NCBI GenBank assembly: GCA_013265495.1
Contig: MU058844.1
Span: forward strand, 1,370,941-1,434,940
DNA from: Vicugna vicugna
Taxonomy: Eukaryota
Direction of reading: 5' to 3'
DNA: 64,000 nt
Shown: piece by piece, positions 25,336-36,135 of the stretch
Numbering within the stretch: the first letter of the stretch is position 1
Layout of the letters: each line of letters opens with the position of its first letter
Program-made: the position numbers and the translations under genes
The notes under the pieces: model-generated
Seen by the model: only the letters and a program-made list of their open reading frames with translations
Databases searched by the model: none
What the model was told of the DNA's origin: nothing

Positions 25336-26647
25336 GGGGAGAAGATCATTTGTTCAAAGGGACTAGGGATAGAACTTTGGAGGATAAAGATAGAAGTGCC
25401 CTTCTTGACTGTCATAGTCCACATCATCTAAAGATGGTATGGACAACTTTGTTTCTACAAGGGAGAAAACCATGAAAAGAACCATTCCTGAGGGCTTTAA
25501 TGCTGTATCTCTTACTACTATTTCAGTGTTTGAAATCTCCTTGTGCAAGAAACAGTAAGGTCAGACATTAAAAACAGCAGGGAGACCATTCCTTGAGTCT
25601 GAAGGTCATCATCACAGTCAATATTCAAATCAGTTTTCAGAGATGAGACTGTTTCTTACATTTTGCTCAATGAAAAGATTTAAAGAAGAGGCCTCCACTA
25701 AAAAACATGCAAATATAGAATGTTTTCAACAAATGCAGTATGCTAATAAAGGATCCTTTGCTTTCACATTCAACTAAATCAAATTGTGAATATTATCTAG
25801 GCTGAAGATTGCTTCTGCATCATTTATAAGTATTTACTAATCAAAAGAACACAAGAGAATGGGAAGTTTCTCACTTTATCCCCTTCAGAAAATAAATTCG
25901 ATTTGACATGGTAATCATAACCTTTTTTTTTCCTTTAGAGGACTTCTCCTCCATGGCTAGAATATAATCTTGTCAGGAATTTGGCTCAGTCTAACTTGCT
26001 GTGCCCCATAAATGAATACGTCCCAAGTTACATTCTCCAATGGGATTTCAACCCTTGAATTCCTGCTAAAGTACAGCCACATGCATGATGGTTTCCACAA
26101 TCACATTGGACATCTCTGTGTAGGACCTCTGTTTATTGCACTTACTTTTGCAACTTGAATGTTCCTTTGTTTTAGTCAGCTACCTAATTTTAAAGGAATG
26201 ATGTGACATCACTTTAATGCATGTAAATGTTAATCAACTTTGAGATTTTAAATTCAAGTTCTTTAAAAAGGGCAAGTTACTGCTTTTCTTGGAAGTGAAA
26301 AATAAAAGCATGAGCTATGCTAATATTTTATTAGATGATTATTTTGCCAAGCTTCCTGAGTATTTTCTCTCTTGAGAATAATACATGGACATCATTATAT
26401 GTTCTAGCTTGCCTAATGTCTCAGAAGCTGAGAAGAATGCATTTTATCCAAATTGTAGAACCTCAGAAAAGCAAATAATAACTCACATAAAATTTATTTG
26501 ATACACAAAGATAGTTTTTACATATTAAACTAGAATGCTAATTTTTTCTTTTAAAGGACAAGATGTATATTTGAGATAGTGTATGCCTAGATAAAAAGTT
26601 TGTTTGCTGATTTTGAATTATAGAATTTTTCCCTCGCTTTTTTAAAG

Positions 26648-26810
26648 CAGTTGTTCTGAAACATTAGCGCCTAAATAGTTGAACCCCCTCCACACCCACC
26701 CCCTTAGAGTTTCTGATTTAGTAGGTCTAGAACCAAAAGTTTGTATTACTATCCATTTCCTGGGGGTGGAGTTGAGGTGGCTGGTCTTAGGATCACATTT
26801 TGAACCCCCT
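26648..26810. mobile_element. MER5A-like fragment
   Basis: CAGTTGTTCTGAAAC...CCCTTAGAGTTTCTGATTTAGTAGGTCT...GATCACATTTTGAA. Confidence 0.55.
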
Positions 26811-28996
26811 TACCCTCAACCCTATTAGTTTGAAGGGAAGAGGAGGTCCATTTGCTCCATATTCAGAAAGTTATAAATAACCGTAGGCCAAGATTATAAC
26901 TTGTAAGAACTTTATGTGATTCCTTAAAGTCTGAAATTTTCCTAAGTTGATTCATAGCATCTGTCTCTTTCTCCACACTACTGTTAAACCTTAAAACTGA
27001 AATAGATTGTTGTCCACTGGGGAGATGGAGATAAACATCCAATAAGCCTGAACACTGGGGCATTGCCCCAGGAAACAGAGTAGTTGGTGATGGCTTTAAA
27101 AAGAGGAAAGTAAGTGGAATCGTAGCGTTCTAGGGAAAAGAAGGAAAGAAGGTCGTGGAAGGAGGGTTGGCTTTGAAAAATGGCCCGGGGCTTAACAATA
27201 GGAAGGTCAGTGACAATTCCTATATGGCAAGCAATCAGGTTCAGCGGTGCCCTCCAGAGACAGACACAAAACCAGCCCTTCTTGCTGCCCTCCAGCCCTC
27301 CACCTGAGCTCTCAGAGGTCACCAGTCTCTCCTTAGTTGCTGGGGAAGAGGGACTGTGGGCTTGACCCGCTTCCTAGTTCCTCCTGCCAATTTAGACCAA
27401 AGGAGAAGTGAGATGCTTAGTTTAAAATAGAAGATATTTTTGCTGCTTTATCTTATCTGCCCCTAGGGATAATTTTCACTCCAGTCAAATTATTTTATTT
27501 GCAGATTAATGTTTTAATATGTCCTTTGATTCATTTTTCAGTGAGCCTTTTAAGAAATGTAGCTGTATTTTTCAGGCTGTTTTAGCCAGAAGTCTCTCAA
27601 GCTGCTTTGAGTTTTGTTTTTATTTTTTCCTTCTACTGTCTCTACTCATCTCCAAAACATTTTTCTATCTTTATAAGGATTTATTTCTCATGGTCCCTTT
27701 AGAAAAGGTACTATCAGGAACTCACCTAGAGGTTTTGAAGTCTGTGACTTGAGAGTTCAAATCTTATAAGACCTTGAGTAGATTACTTATTTTCTTTCTG
27801 ATTGAAACTTCACATGTTAAATGTATGTGTTAATACATATGTTAATTATACTTACCTGGTGGTATTTCTGGGAGAATTAAATGGGATGCCTCCACACTTA
27901 TCCTGGTGTCTGGTGCACTGACAACAATGTTAATTTGTATGATCATTGTTATTGCTGCTGGGAGGCAACTCTTTAACCCTTTTTCTTCCCATTTTCTCCA
28001 AACAATCTGAACCACTTTAACAAGAAGAAATATTTTTGCACTAAATCTGTACATGTCACCCTCTGATTTCTAGTTCTCTTGTGTTTCTTGAACCCCAGTT
28101 GATCTAAACCTAGTACAAGTGCCTTAATTTGTGCCCTTGGATTCATACCTAAGCAAAGCAAGGCAGGTTGCCAGATGAGGAGGCTACTAAAAGTGGTCTC
28201 CTTCCTGTGGGTAACCAAAAACAGAACAAACAAAAGGCATAAGCCTCTAGTAGAAGAGATAAGCCCATGTGAAAAGCTAAATTATTTAAAGATTTAAGTA
28301 AGAATTGGAGATAAAAATAGGAGTCACTTCAAATTATCCCTATTTAATTCATCATCCTTAGGGCTTTCCAAAAAATAAATCTCATCATATCACTTCCCTG
28401 CCAAAAATACTCACCTCCCTCCCCCGACTCCCAGCACCCTATTCCCTTCTCTACCCACCAGCTTTTTCAACAATATTTATCTTCCTTATATTGGTTTAAG
28501 CCTTTAAGATACTCCAAGGTCACACCCCTCTTTTTCTTCCTTTCAGAGACCTTATTATGGGCCAACTTCACTGATTTAGCAGATACCATTCACTTTTGGG
28601 TCTTCCTTATTTCCTTCTGCCCCCAGACGGACGCAAAAATAAATGCCCTGTGTCTATTTGCTATCAACACTCCATAGTTACTCTCCTGCTTGAACCTGTA
28701 CTTGTTGGTTAAGCTGCAGGTTTTCTAAAGCAAGCACCAAGGACACCTAGTACTCTATCTGAAAGTAAATTCACAAGAAAGGTCACAATAGATAATACTT
28801 TAATGAATGCAGGCAGCTGACCTGCAATAGTGAGGCTCCCCCAGCTCAGCCTGGAAGTCTAAAGGTGCCTTCAGGGGAGGGAGGGTCCCAGTAGTGAATG
28901 AGACCTTTGCTGAGTGAGATTATACCAGGAGGTGGAGGAAAGCCTCCTGGACAAACTTGTGAACTGTAATACAGCCATTAAAAGAAAATCTGGAAA

Positions 28997-29023
28997 CAAC
29001 AACAACAACAACAACAACAACAA
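28997..29023. repeat. (CAA)n microsatellite
   Basis: Direct reading. Confidence 0.9.
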
Positions 29024-31144
29024 TCTGGGACTTTCCTAGCAATAATGCAGGAATCCTGGATCACAGAGATGAAGTGGGAGGCTGGAGTGTAGGGAGGATA
29101 CCTCGTGAGCAATTTTAGGATGGAATGGCAGTATGAGACAGCAGCACACAAGCAAAGGACACTCATAGGTAACCTGATGTAAAAATACTAAAGTGTGTCT
29201 GCATAGCACACAGGGAAACAAAGGAAGAAACCTTACATGGGAGCAGTGTGGACACTACCTCACAGTATTTCTTAGGCAGCATATCCAGGTCTCTGATCTC
29301 CATTTCATTTGCTTTGGAAATGAAGTCTAGTTGTTTATCTACAAAAACAATTTATGCAATTATTGAACACCTCTAGCAGCCAGGAAGAAAGTCACAGAGT
29401 TGAGTTGCTTATCTTCTTTCAAATATTGGCTCTCCAATTTTAAGCAACAAAAACTATGTGATCTGTCACCTGACAAATTGCAAGTATTGTTTTTTGTTGT
29501 TGTTTGGTTTTTTTTTTTTTTGTGCGGTTTTTCTTTTTGTAAGTAATGGTTTTGATGGAACTCATTTGTATTTAGATGTCTGTTTAACATCAGTCAACCA
29601 CATTTACTATGCATTAGGCTGTTTCTTAAGCATTAGGGGTACAATAATGAATGACAGAAGATGGCTGCTCTGTAAGATTTATAGACTAGAAAGGCAGAGG
29701 GACTAGTAAACATAGTAAATCTAGTATGTCTGATCAGTACCAGAGCCTGGGCAAGGGGAAGCACAATACTGTAGATATTTACTCAAGTCCAGAAGTCAGG
29801 GAAGGCTTCTTGGAAGATGAGCAGTAATTAGCTAGGGAAAGGGGAGATGGGGGACATATCCCAGGCAGTTGGAATAGCATATAAAATGAAGAGCCTAATA
29901 GCTTAACTTACTGCTATCATGTTCATAGATTAATAGTTTAGATGAGTTCCCAAATGATGAAATGCAAAAGGTGACATTTAGTGACTTAAAATTTATTCAA
30001 TTAAAAAGACCATGCTTTATTCTGATATGGATACCTCTCCTACTTTAGGGATGTTAAAATGTCATCTTTTCCACAAAATGATAATGATAGCAGATGATAA
30101 TGTCATTTAAAAAAAATCTTTAAATCTTTATGGATGTTCTGTCAGTCTGTAAATTTTATTAGCCTATGCAGCAGAGAAAGAAGTTCATTCTCCCCTCCCT
30201 TATTTAAATGTTTATTTTTTTTCTCTCCCTCTTTTTGGTTAAATAACACAATACTCAAAAAGTCTACAAGGAATTCTAATTTGTTAGTCCAGAGCAAACT
30301 GTTTTAGTAACATTTGAGCAGAGGGATGGGAATGTATACACTCAGCTCTTTGAAATTCTAGTTAGTTGTCTTACAGTTTCATCTATGGAAAGTAGTTTCT
30401 GAATTCTCAAGCACTCCAAAGACTTAGACATTTGTTACTTGCAAACTTATTTTGAAACCCAGGTTCATTTTCTGGATTATTTTGACATAATTCCTTTTTT
30501 TTTTTTTTTAGTGTTTTGATTGAAAATTTTCTAGGTTTTAGAAATTAATAATTATCAAATTGCTTGATGATAATATACATAAGCCAATATATATATATTT
30601 GAATGTTTACTTAGTGCTGAAGTCATTCCATTTAATCCTTACAACAGCCTTTACATATTTTAGGAGATTACAATGCAGAGAGGTTAAATAACTTGCCTAA
30701 GGACATAGAGCCAAGAGTGGGGTTTGTGAATAGTTGGAAATGCCTGTAGCTTACCGTATCAACAAGATGAGAAGTACCTTTATAAATTCAAAATCTGTCA
30801 AGAAATACCTGCTTGTTTCTTGAATGGGAAGAGCCTTACTAAACTTCTGGAAAGCTATGACTAAACATATATATGTCCAGATTTGAAAACTATTAGCAGT
30901 TAACATTATGCACTGTATAAAGCTTGCATTTAGGACCAATATTTATTTCCGTTTTTTTCCTTGAGTGCTCACAAGATCCCCCAGGTAAAAGAGTTCTTTC
31001 TTAAATTCATTTGTCTCTTAAAGGAATGATTTAAGGTGGGAAACCCACACATACAAAACAAAACAAAACAAAACAGTGGGGAGAAAACCTTTCAAGGATA
31101 TGTGAGTTTAACTTTCTCTTAACGCTGTTGAATAGATTTTAATC

Positions 31145-31277
31145 TTTTTTTAAATTTTTCGTAAGGGGGAGGTAATTAGGTTTATTTATTTTATTGCTTC
31201 TTCGTGGAGGTACCGGGGATTGAACCTAGGACCTCCTACATGCTAAGCAGGCACTCTATCACTGAGCTATACCCTCC
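31145..31277 (-). mobile_element. tRNA-Ala-derived SINE (vic-1-like)
   Basis: GGTAATTAGGTTTATTTATT...GGAGGTACCGGGGATTGAACCTAGGACC...CTGAGCTATACCCTCC. No clear TSD. Confidence 0.85.
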
Positions 31278-31350
31278 TGGTTAAACTGACTAAAAAGCTT
31301 TCAGAAAGGGTCCAGCTGCTGCTTTGGAAAGGCAGTTAAAGTAGTGGACA

Positions 31351-31444
31351 TTTCACAGCGTATGCAAATGTCAAATCATTACACAGTACACCTGAAACTA
31401 ACATAATATTGTACATCAAATGTATTTCAATGAAGAAAAAAAAA
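31351..31444 (+). mobile_element. Short L1 3'-end insertion
   Basis: GTACACCTGAAACTAACATAATATTGTACATCAA...poly-A. TSD AAAGTAGTGGACA / AAACTAGTGGAGA at 31338-31350 and 31445-31457. Confidence 0.75.
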
Positions 31445-33119
31445 AAACTAGTGGAGAGAACACCGGCTTGGGTGTTCAGATCCTAGCATTTTGTTAACTT
31501 CATTATTTCGGTTTTGTAGATGAGTCAGTTTAAGCTTAAAATTATTAGGAGTCCAAATTGGAGACCAGGCTTAGAGGAGAAAAACTTCCGCCTGATTTCT
31601 GATCTAATGTTCAAATCACTGATGATGTAAGGAAAATGAATAGAGCAGACGATTAAGGATGGGTGGAGTTCGGAGGGATATCAGAAAATCTTGTTTTATG
31701 GCAATGATAATTTTAAGGATTTATTTCTCTTTCCCTATCTCATTTTTGAGTAGTAAATGAAGTTTCACATCCCTAGTGAAGCAATTACCATGACGTTTAT
31801 TTTTAAGCACAGTGCTATCTGAAAGTCCTAGAAGGAAACAAATGTACCTATTTACAATTATGGTTTGATGCATTTATCCAAAGAAAATACTTTCACAGAC
31901 GTCATTGCTTTTAACAATACTATCTTTTAAAGTATTTACTTCACATATACTACCTAATTATTGTGTATGAATGAAAAAATAGCCTAGAAGTTATTGATTT
32001 CATTTAAACAATAAAATGTTTTCTCCTTCCGCTTTATAGCAGATTCTACTTTTGCTTCATTTCTGTACCCTCTGGCTCAGTATTTGAAAAAAAAAAAACT
32101 CAAAGTGATATGTTTTGCAATATTGATGACCAGCTAAGCTCAGGATATTTATTTCCATCTGGTAGAGTTCAACTTCTGCCTCTTGTTTGCTTTCTCCATC
32201 TGCCCAGCTCACCATCTTTTTTCCCCCTCCTCCTTAATGGAGTTCGTTCGGTTTAACCCTCTCTTAGGCCTAATCATTTTAAGAGGCTCATGCCTTCGTA
32301 CCAGTCTCTTTCTCCCGTAGTTTTGCAAGCTCGATTTTAACCTAAATGTCTGCGCCTCATAGTTTCAGAGCCTTCAAATTTTATTTTTATATTCTTGTTT
32401 TTATAAAGAACAGCAGAACTCTAAGGCTCGGACAGTTACTCCGATTAGGAAAAAAAAAAGGAAACAACCCTCGATTTTGTGTGTAAAGGGCGTATAATGC
32501 GTTATGTAGATTTTTTTTCTTTCTATAGAGTAAACTTGTTACAGTTAACGGTATTAATCTTCAATAACAGGTTTTCTTATCAGTGTTAAGCTGGATTCAG
32601 TAAGGTCTCCACTCTTCTTTCCTTTGATTCCTGATGTTACTGAAACAGCAACCACAAAAAGCTTACTAATCTTTTATTTATTTTGCAATTTAACTTTGAC
32701 AAAGACCTCTCCCTACCCTACCCCTCCCTAAGGGTGGAGCAGTTCTCTGCGAGAACTGGACTGCCGAGGCTGCAGAATGCCGTGCGAGCGCCGGTTCCCT
32801 CCACTTTTCTCTGCACCCGCTGCATCCTCAGCACGGGTACCCGCATCCCGCTGCACCGTATGCTCCCTTAGCTTCAGGAGCTAGTCACGTAGACCCAAGA
32901 ACACGCATGGGATGTAAACACTGAGTATGCGAGCCGGCAGGCGCTGAGGACTTGCAGCCCTATCCGTGCCGCCGGCGCGGGTGTGGATAGCCTGAGCAGG
33001 GCGGCTTTTATCTACACAGCATTAAACCTCCTCGCAGACGAGCCCGGGCAGCACACTCTTGCAGGGGATGCGCTGGCGCCGCGCCTAGAGTTGCTGGAGC
33101 TGGAAGGAGGGGCTAGGAC

Positions 33120-33395
33120 TGGGGGCGGGGCTTTCACACGCGCACCCTCGGTTTCCTCAGTCCCCCGCGACTTCTCCCCCCTTCTCCCGCCGCCACTCGG
33201 GGGTTTATTTGTTTACAAGCGGATTACGTCAGCTCCTCCCTCTCTTCCCGGCTTCTGGGCCCGCCCCCTGGCCCCTTTTTCCCGCCCCCGGCGGCTCCGA
33301 ATCTGCTTGCGTCACAATGGTGCGATCTCCGGATTGGCTGGAGTCGGCCGTCACGCTTCAGCTACGCCACTTCCTTTTCGCGGCGCTATAAAAAG
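33120..33395 (+). promoter_or_regulatory. BTG1 core/proximal promoter
   Basis: GC box GGGGGCGGGG 33121-33130; FOXO-type TTGTTTAC 33209-33216; CRE/ATF-like TTACGTCA 33224-33231 and TGCGTCA 33308-33314; inverted CCAAT (ATTGG) 33333-33337; ETS CACTTCCT 33368-33375; TATAAAAA 33387-33394, which implies a TSS near 33415-33425. Confidence 0.85.
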
Positions 33396-33437
33396 TGCTG
33401 CACGGCGCTGGCGTCTCTTCGCCCGTCGGAGCTGGAA

Positions 33438-33509
33438 ATGCAACTGTTGGGATCTTCGGAGGCTGCAGAGCTGGAGGCGGAGGCGGCTGAGGAGGTCCGA
33501 GCGATGTGA
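33438..33509 (+). other. Upstream ORF in the BTG1 5' UTR (23 aa, MQLLGSSEAAELEAEAAEEVRAM)
   Basis: ATG 33438 in context GAAATGC, just downstream of the inferred TSS. Open to TGA 33507-33509. Translation is not demonstrated. Confidence 0.6.
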
Positions 33510-33725
33510 CCAGATCGCCATCGCTCGACTCTTCCTCTCTCCTGCCGCCTCCTGTCTCGAAAATAACTTTTTCACTATAAAGGAGAAAAAAAAAGTAGCC
33601 GTCCGCCCCACACTCCCTCTTCCCTCAGCCCGCTGACCTGTGAGGGAGCCCGGGGTGGCCGCTCCGCCGTCGGGGCCGCGCCGCCGAGCCCCGGCCGCCC
33701 CGGGCTGCCCCCGCCCGCCGCCCCC

Positions 33726-33873
33726 ATGCATCCCTTCTACACCCGGGCCGCCACCATGATAGGCGAGATCGCCGCCGCCGTGTCCTTCATCTCCAAGTTT
33801 CTCCGCACCAAGGGGCTCACGAGCGAGCGACAGCTGCAGACCTTCAGCCAGAGCCTTCAGGAGCTGCTGGCAG
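33726..33873 (+). CDS. BTG1: BTG anti-proliferation factor 1, coding exon 1
   Basis: Translates MHPFYTRAATMIGEIAAAVSFISKFLRTKGLTSERQLQTFSQSLQELLA, the recognisable BTG1 N-terminus. Ends at donor CAG|GTGAGC (GT at 33874). 148 nt, phase 1. Confidence 0.98.
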
Positions 33874-34829
33874 GTGAGCGGGCCTCGGAGGGAGGGCGAG
33901 GGGCGCCGGGGCGTCGCGGCTGGACCTCCCCGGGCCGGGCTGTCGGGACCACGGGAACCTCGGTAGCGTCCGGGCCGGCCGCGCTCAGGTCCGGCCGCGG
34001 GACTGTGGCTGGCGCGTCGGGGAGACTCTAACGACGGGTCCCGGGGAGGGTTTGGGGGCTGGGCCGAGGGCTCCCCTTCCCCCCATTGCTGGCAAACGGA
34101 AGGGAGAAGAAAACAGACGCACAACAAAGAAGCTAAAGCTAGCAGAGGCGGGAGCGGCGGTCCTCGGACGGTCCGCATATTTGGGGGACAAAGGAGCCGC
34201 AGAGCTGGGGTTGGTTCGACGCCCCCTCCCCCTAACCCCGACCAACCGTTGCTGACTTGGTCGCCGGGCCCTGGGGTGGGAAACGGCGCTGCTGCCCCGG
34301 AGCCAGCCCGGGACGGACGTGCTGTCTCCCCGCGCCTCCTACTCCTGCCCATTAATCATCGGATTTGTCACTGGTACAATTACAGCCCTGCCCAGAGCGT
34401 GGTTTAGGGTTGCCTGTTTTTCTTTCCTTCGGGGTTAACAGTCCGGTTGCTCTTCTCTCTTCCAAAGCCATAAACCCCATTGTGTGCGCGGCTGGGGTAG
34501 GGTGGAGAAAGTAAACACGTTCCCGCTGGCCGCCGGGGCCATCCTACTGCCGGGCTGGCCGAGGCCGCGCGCCTGATTCCCGTTTTGGCGGCTCAACCGG
34601 TTGGTTCCGGGAGATTGTTTTGTCCCGTACTACTTTGTCATTTCTAAATCCCTGCTCGCTCGTTTCCGGTCTCGGCACACACGCACAGCCGTGAATGCAA
34701 TGCTGGGCATTTAAAAACGTTGATAGTTAGCCTTTTCAAAGGAGCCAGCCGAAGAAAGAAGCTGAAACTACGGCGGGAGCTGGCAGTCACGATCTCTAAG
34801 CATTGTGTCTCTGTTCTTTTCTTCTGTAG
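33874..34829 (+). other. BTG1: BTG1 intron (956 nt, GT-AG)
   Basis: GTGAGC donor and TTCTTTTCTTCTGTAG acceptor. Splicing restores the BTG1 reading frame (G+AA = Glu). Confidence 0.96.
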
Positions 34830-35197
34830 AACATTATAAACATCACTGGTTCCCAGAAAAGCCGTGCAAGGGATCAGGTTACCGTTGTATTCGCATCAAC
34901 CATAAAATGGATCCTCTGATTGGACAGGCAGCACAGCGGATTGGACTGAGCAGTCAGGAGCTGTTCAGGCTTCTCCCAAGTGAACTCACACTCTGGGTTG
35001 ACCCCTATGAAGTGTCCTACAGAATTGGAGAGGATGGCTCCATCTGTGTGCTGTACGAGGCCTCACCAGCAGGAGGTAGCACCCAGAACAGCACCAACGT
35101 GCAAATGGTAGACAGCAGAATCAGCTGTAAGGAGGAACTTCTCTTGGGCAGAACAAGCCCTTCCAAAAACTACAATATGATGACTGTATCAGGTTAA
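34830..35197 (+). CDS. BTG1: BTG anti-proliferation factor 1, coding exon 2
   Basis: Polypyrimidine tract plus TGTAG| acceptor (AG 34828-34829). Encodes [24 protein letters not shown] (box A), [20 protein letters not shown] (box B), DGSICVLYE (box C) and ...NYNMMTVSG, stop TAA 35195-35197. 148+368=516 nt, giving 171 aa. Confidence 0.98.
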
Positions 35198-36135
35198 GAT
35201 ATAGTCTATGGATGGATCATCTTATAATGGATGGATAAATTTGATTTTTGCTTTGGGTGGGCTCCTCTTGGGGATGGATTATGGAATTTAAACCATGTCA
35301 CAGCTGTGAAGATCTGGCACAAGTGGTAAAAAAATTTTTTTAAGTGACAGTGCCATAGTTTGGACAGTACCTTTCAGTGATTTAATAGCCTGTGAGTCCA
35401 AGTAAATGATCACTTTATTTGCTAGGGAGTGACGTCTTAGGGTGGTTTCAGTTTCTCCCAGACATGATACCTAAATTTTTACATCAGTCCCTTTAATGCA
35501 GATCTGTATTTCAAAGAACCTTTCTCTGCAGTAGAACTTGCAGAGGAAATTTGCACTATTACACTTAAATTGTTATCCTTCTTGGCAGCTCAATAGGAAA
35601 GCTTAATATTTTCAACATGGTAGTACTGGAAATTTTATGACAAGACTTTTACCTAGCACTTAAATATGTATAAATGTACATAAGACAAACTAGTAAGCAT
35701 GACCTGGGGAAATGGTCAGACCTTGTATTGTGTTTTTGGCCTTGAAAGTAGCAAAGTGACCAGAATTTGCCATGGCAACAGGCTTTAAAAAAGACCCTTA
35801 AAAAGACACTGTCTCAACTGTGGTGTTAGCACCAGCCAGCTCTCTGTACAGTTGCTAGCTTGTAGTTTTCTAAGACTGAGTAAACTTCTTATTTTTAGAA
35901 AGTGGAGGTCTGGTTTGTAACTTTCCTTGTACTTAATTGGGTAAAAGTCTTTTCCACAAACCACCATCTATTTTGTGAACTTTGTTAGTCATCTTTTATT
36001 TGGTAAATTATGAACTGGTGTAAATTTGTACAGTTCATGTATATTGATTGTGGCAAAGTTGTACAGATTTCTATATTTTGGATGAAAGAAATTTTTCTTC
36101 TCTCTATAATAAATTGTTTCTTATCTTGGCATTTT
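35198..36135 (+). other. BTG1: BTG1 3' UTR to the proximal poly(A) site
   Basis: Follows the stop codon, is AU-rich and lacks repeats. Multiple TGTA motifs lie upstream of AATAAA 36108-36113, followed by T-rich sequence. A longer UTR isoform is possible. Confidence 0.75.
36108..36113 (+). terminator. Polyadenylation signal AATAAA (BTG1 proximal)
   Basis: Canonical hexamer with upstream TGTA (CFIm) elements at about 36020-36063 and a downstream U-rich tract. Confidence 0.75.

Larger units (their letters stand above)
32740..34790. promoter_or_regulatory. CpG island over the BTG1 promoter, exon 1 and intron
   Basis: Sharp rise in GC and CpG density compared with the AT-rich, CpG-depleted flanks. 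Edges estimated by eye. Confidence 0.9.

Noticed and set aside
32600..33200. Divergent lncRNA from the BTG1 CpG island
   Set aside because: Plausible from human annotation, but I could not define a TSS or exons from this sequence.
33874..34031. Continuation of the BTG1 exon 1 ORF into the intron (101-aa ORF)
   Set aside because: Read-through past a canonical splice donor. BTG1 similarity stops at the donor.
33351..34352. 333-aa minus-strand ORF across BTG1 exon 1, and the 217-aa plus-strand ORF 32983-33636
   Set aside because: Low-complexity Gly/Pro/Arg/Ala products expected from stop-poor CpG-island DNA. No recognisable domain, and the second ORF spans the TATA box.
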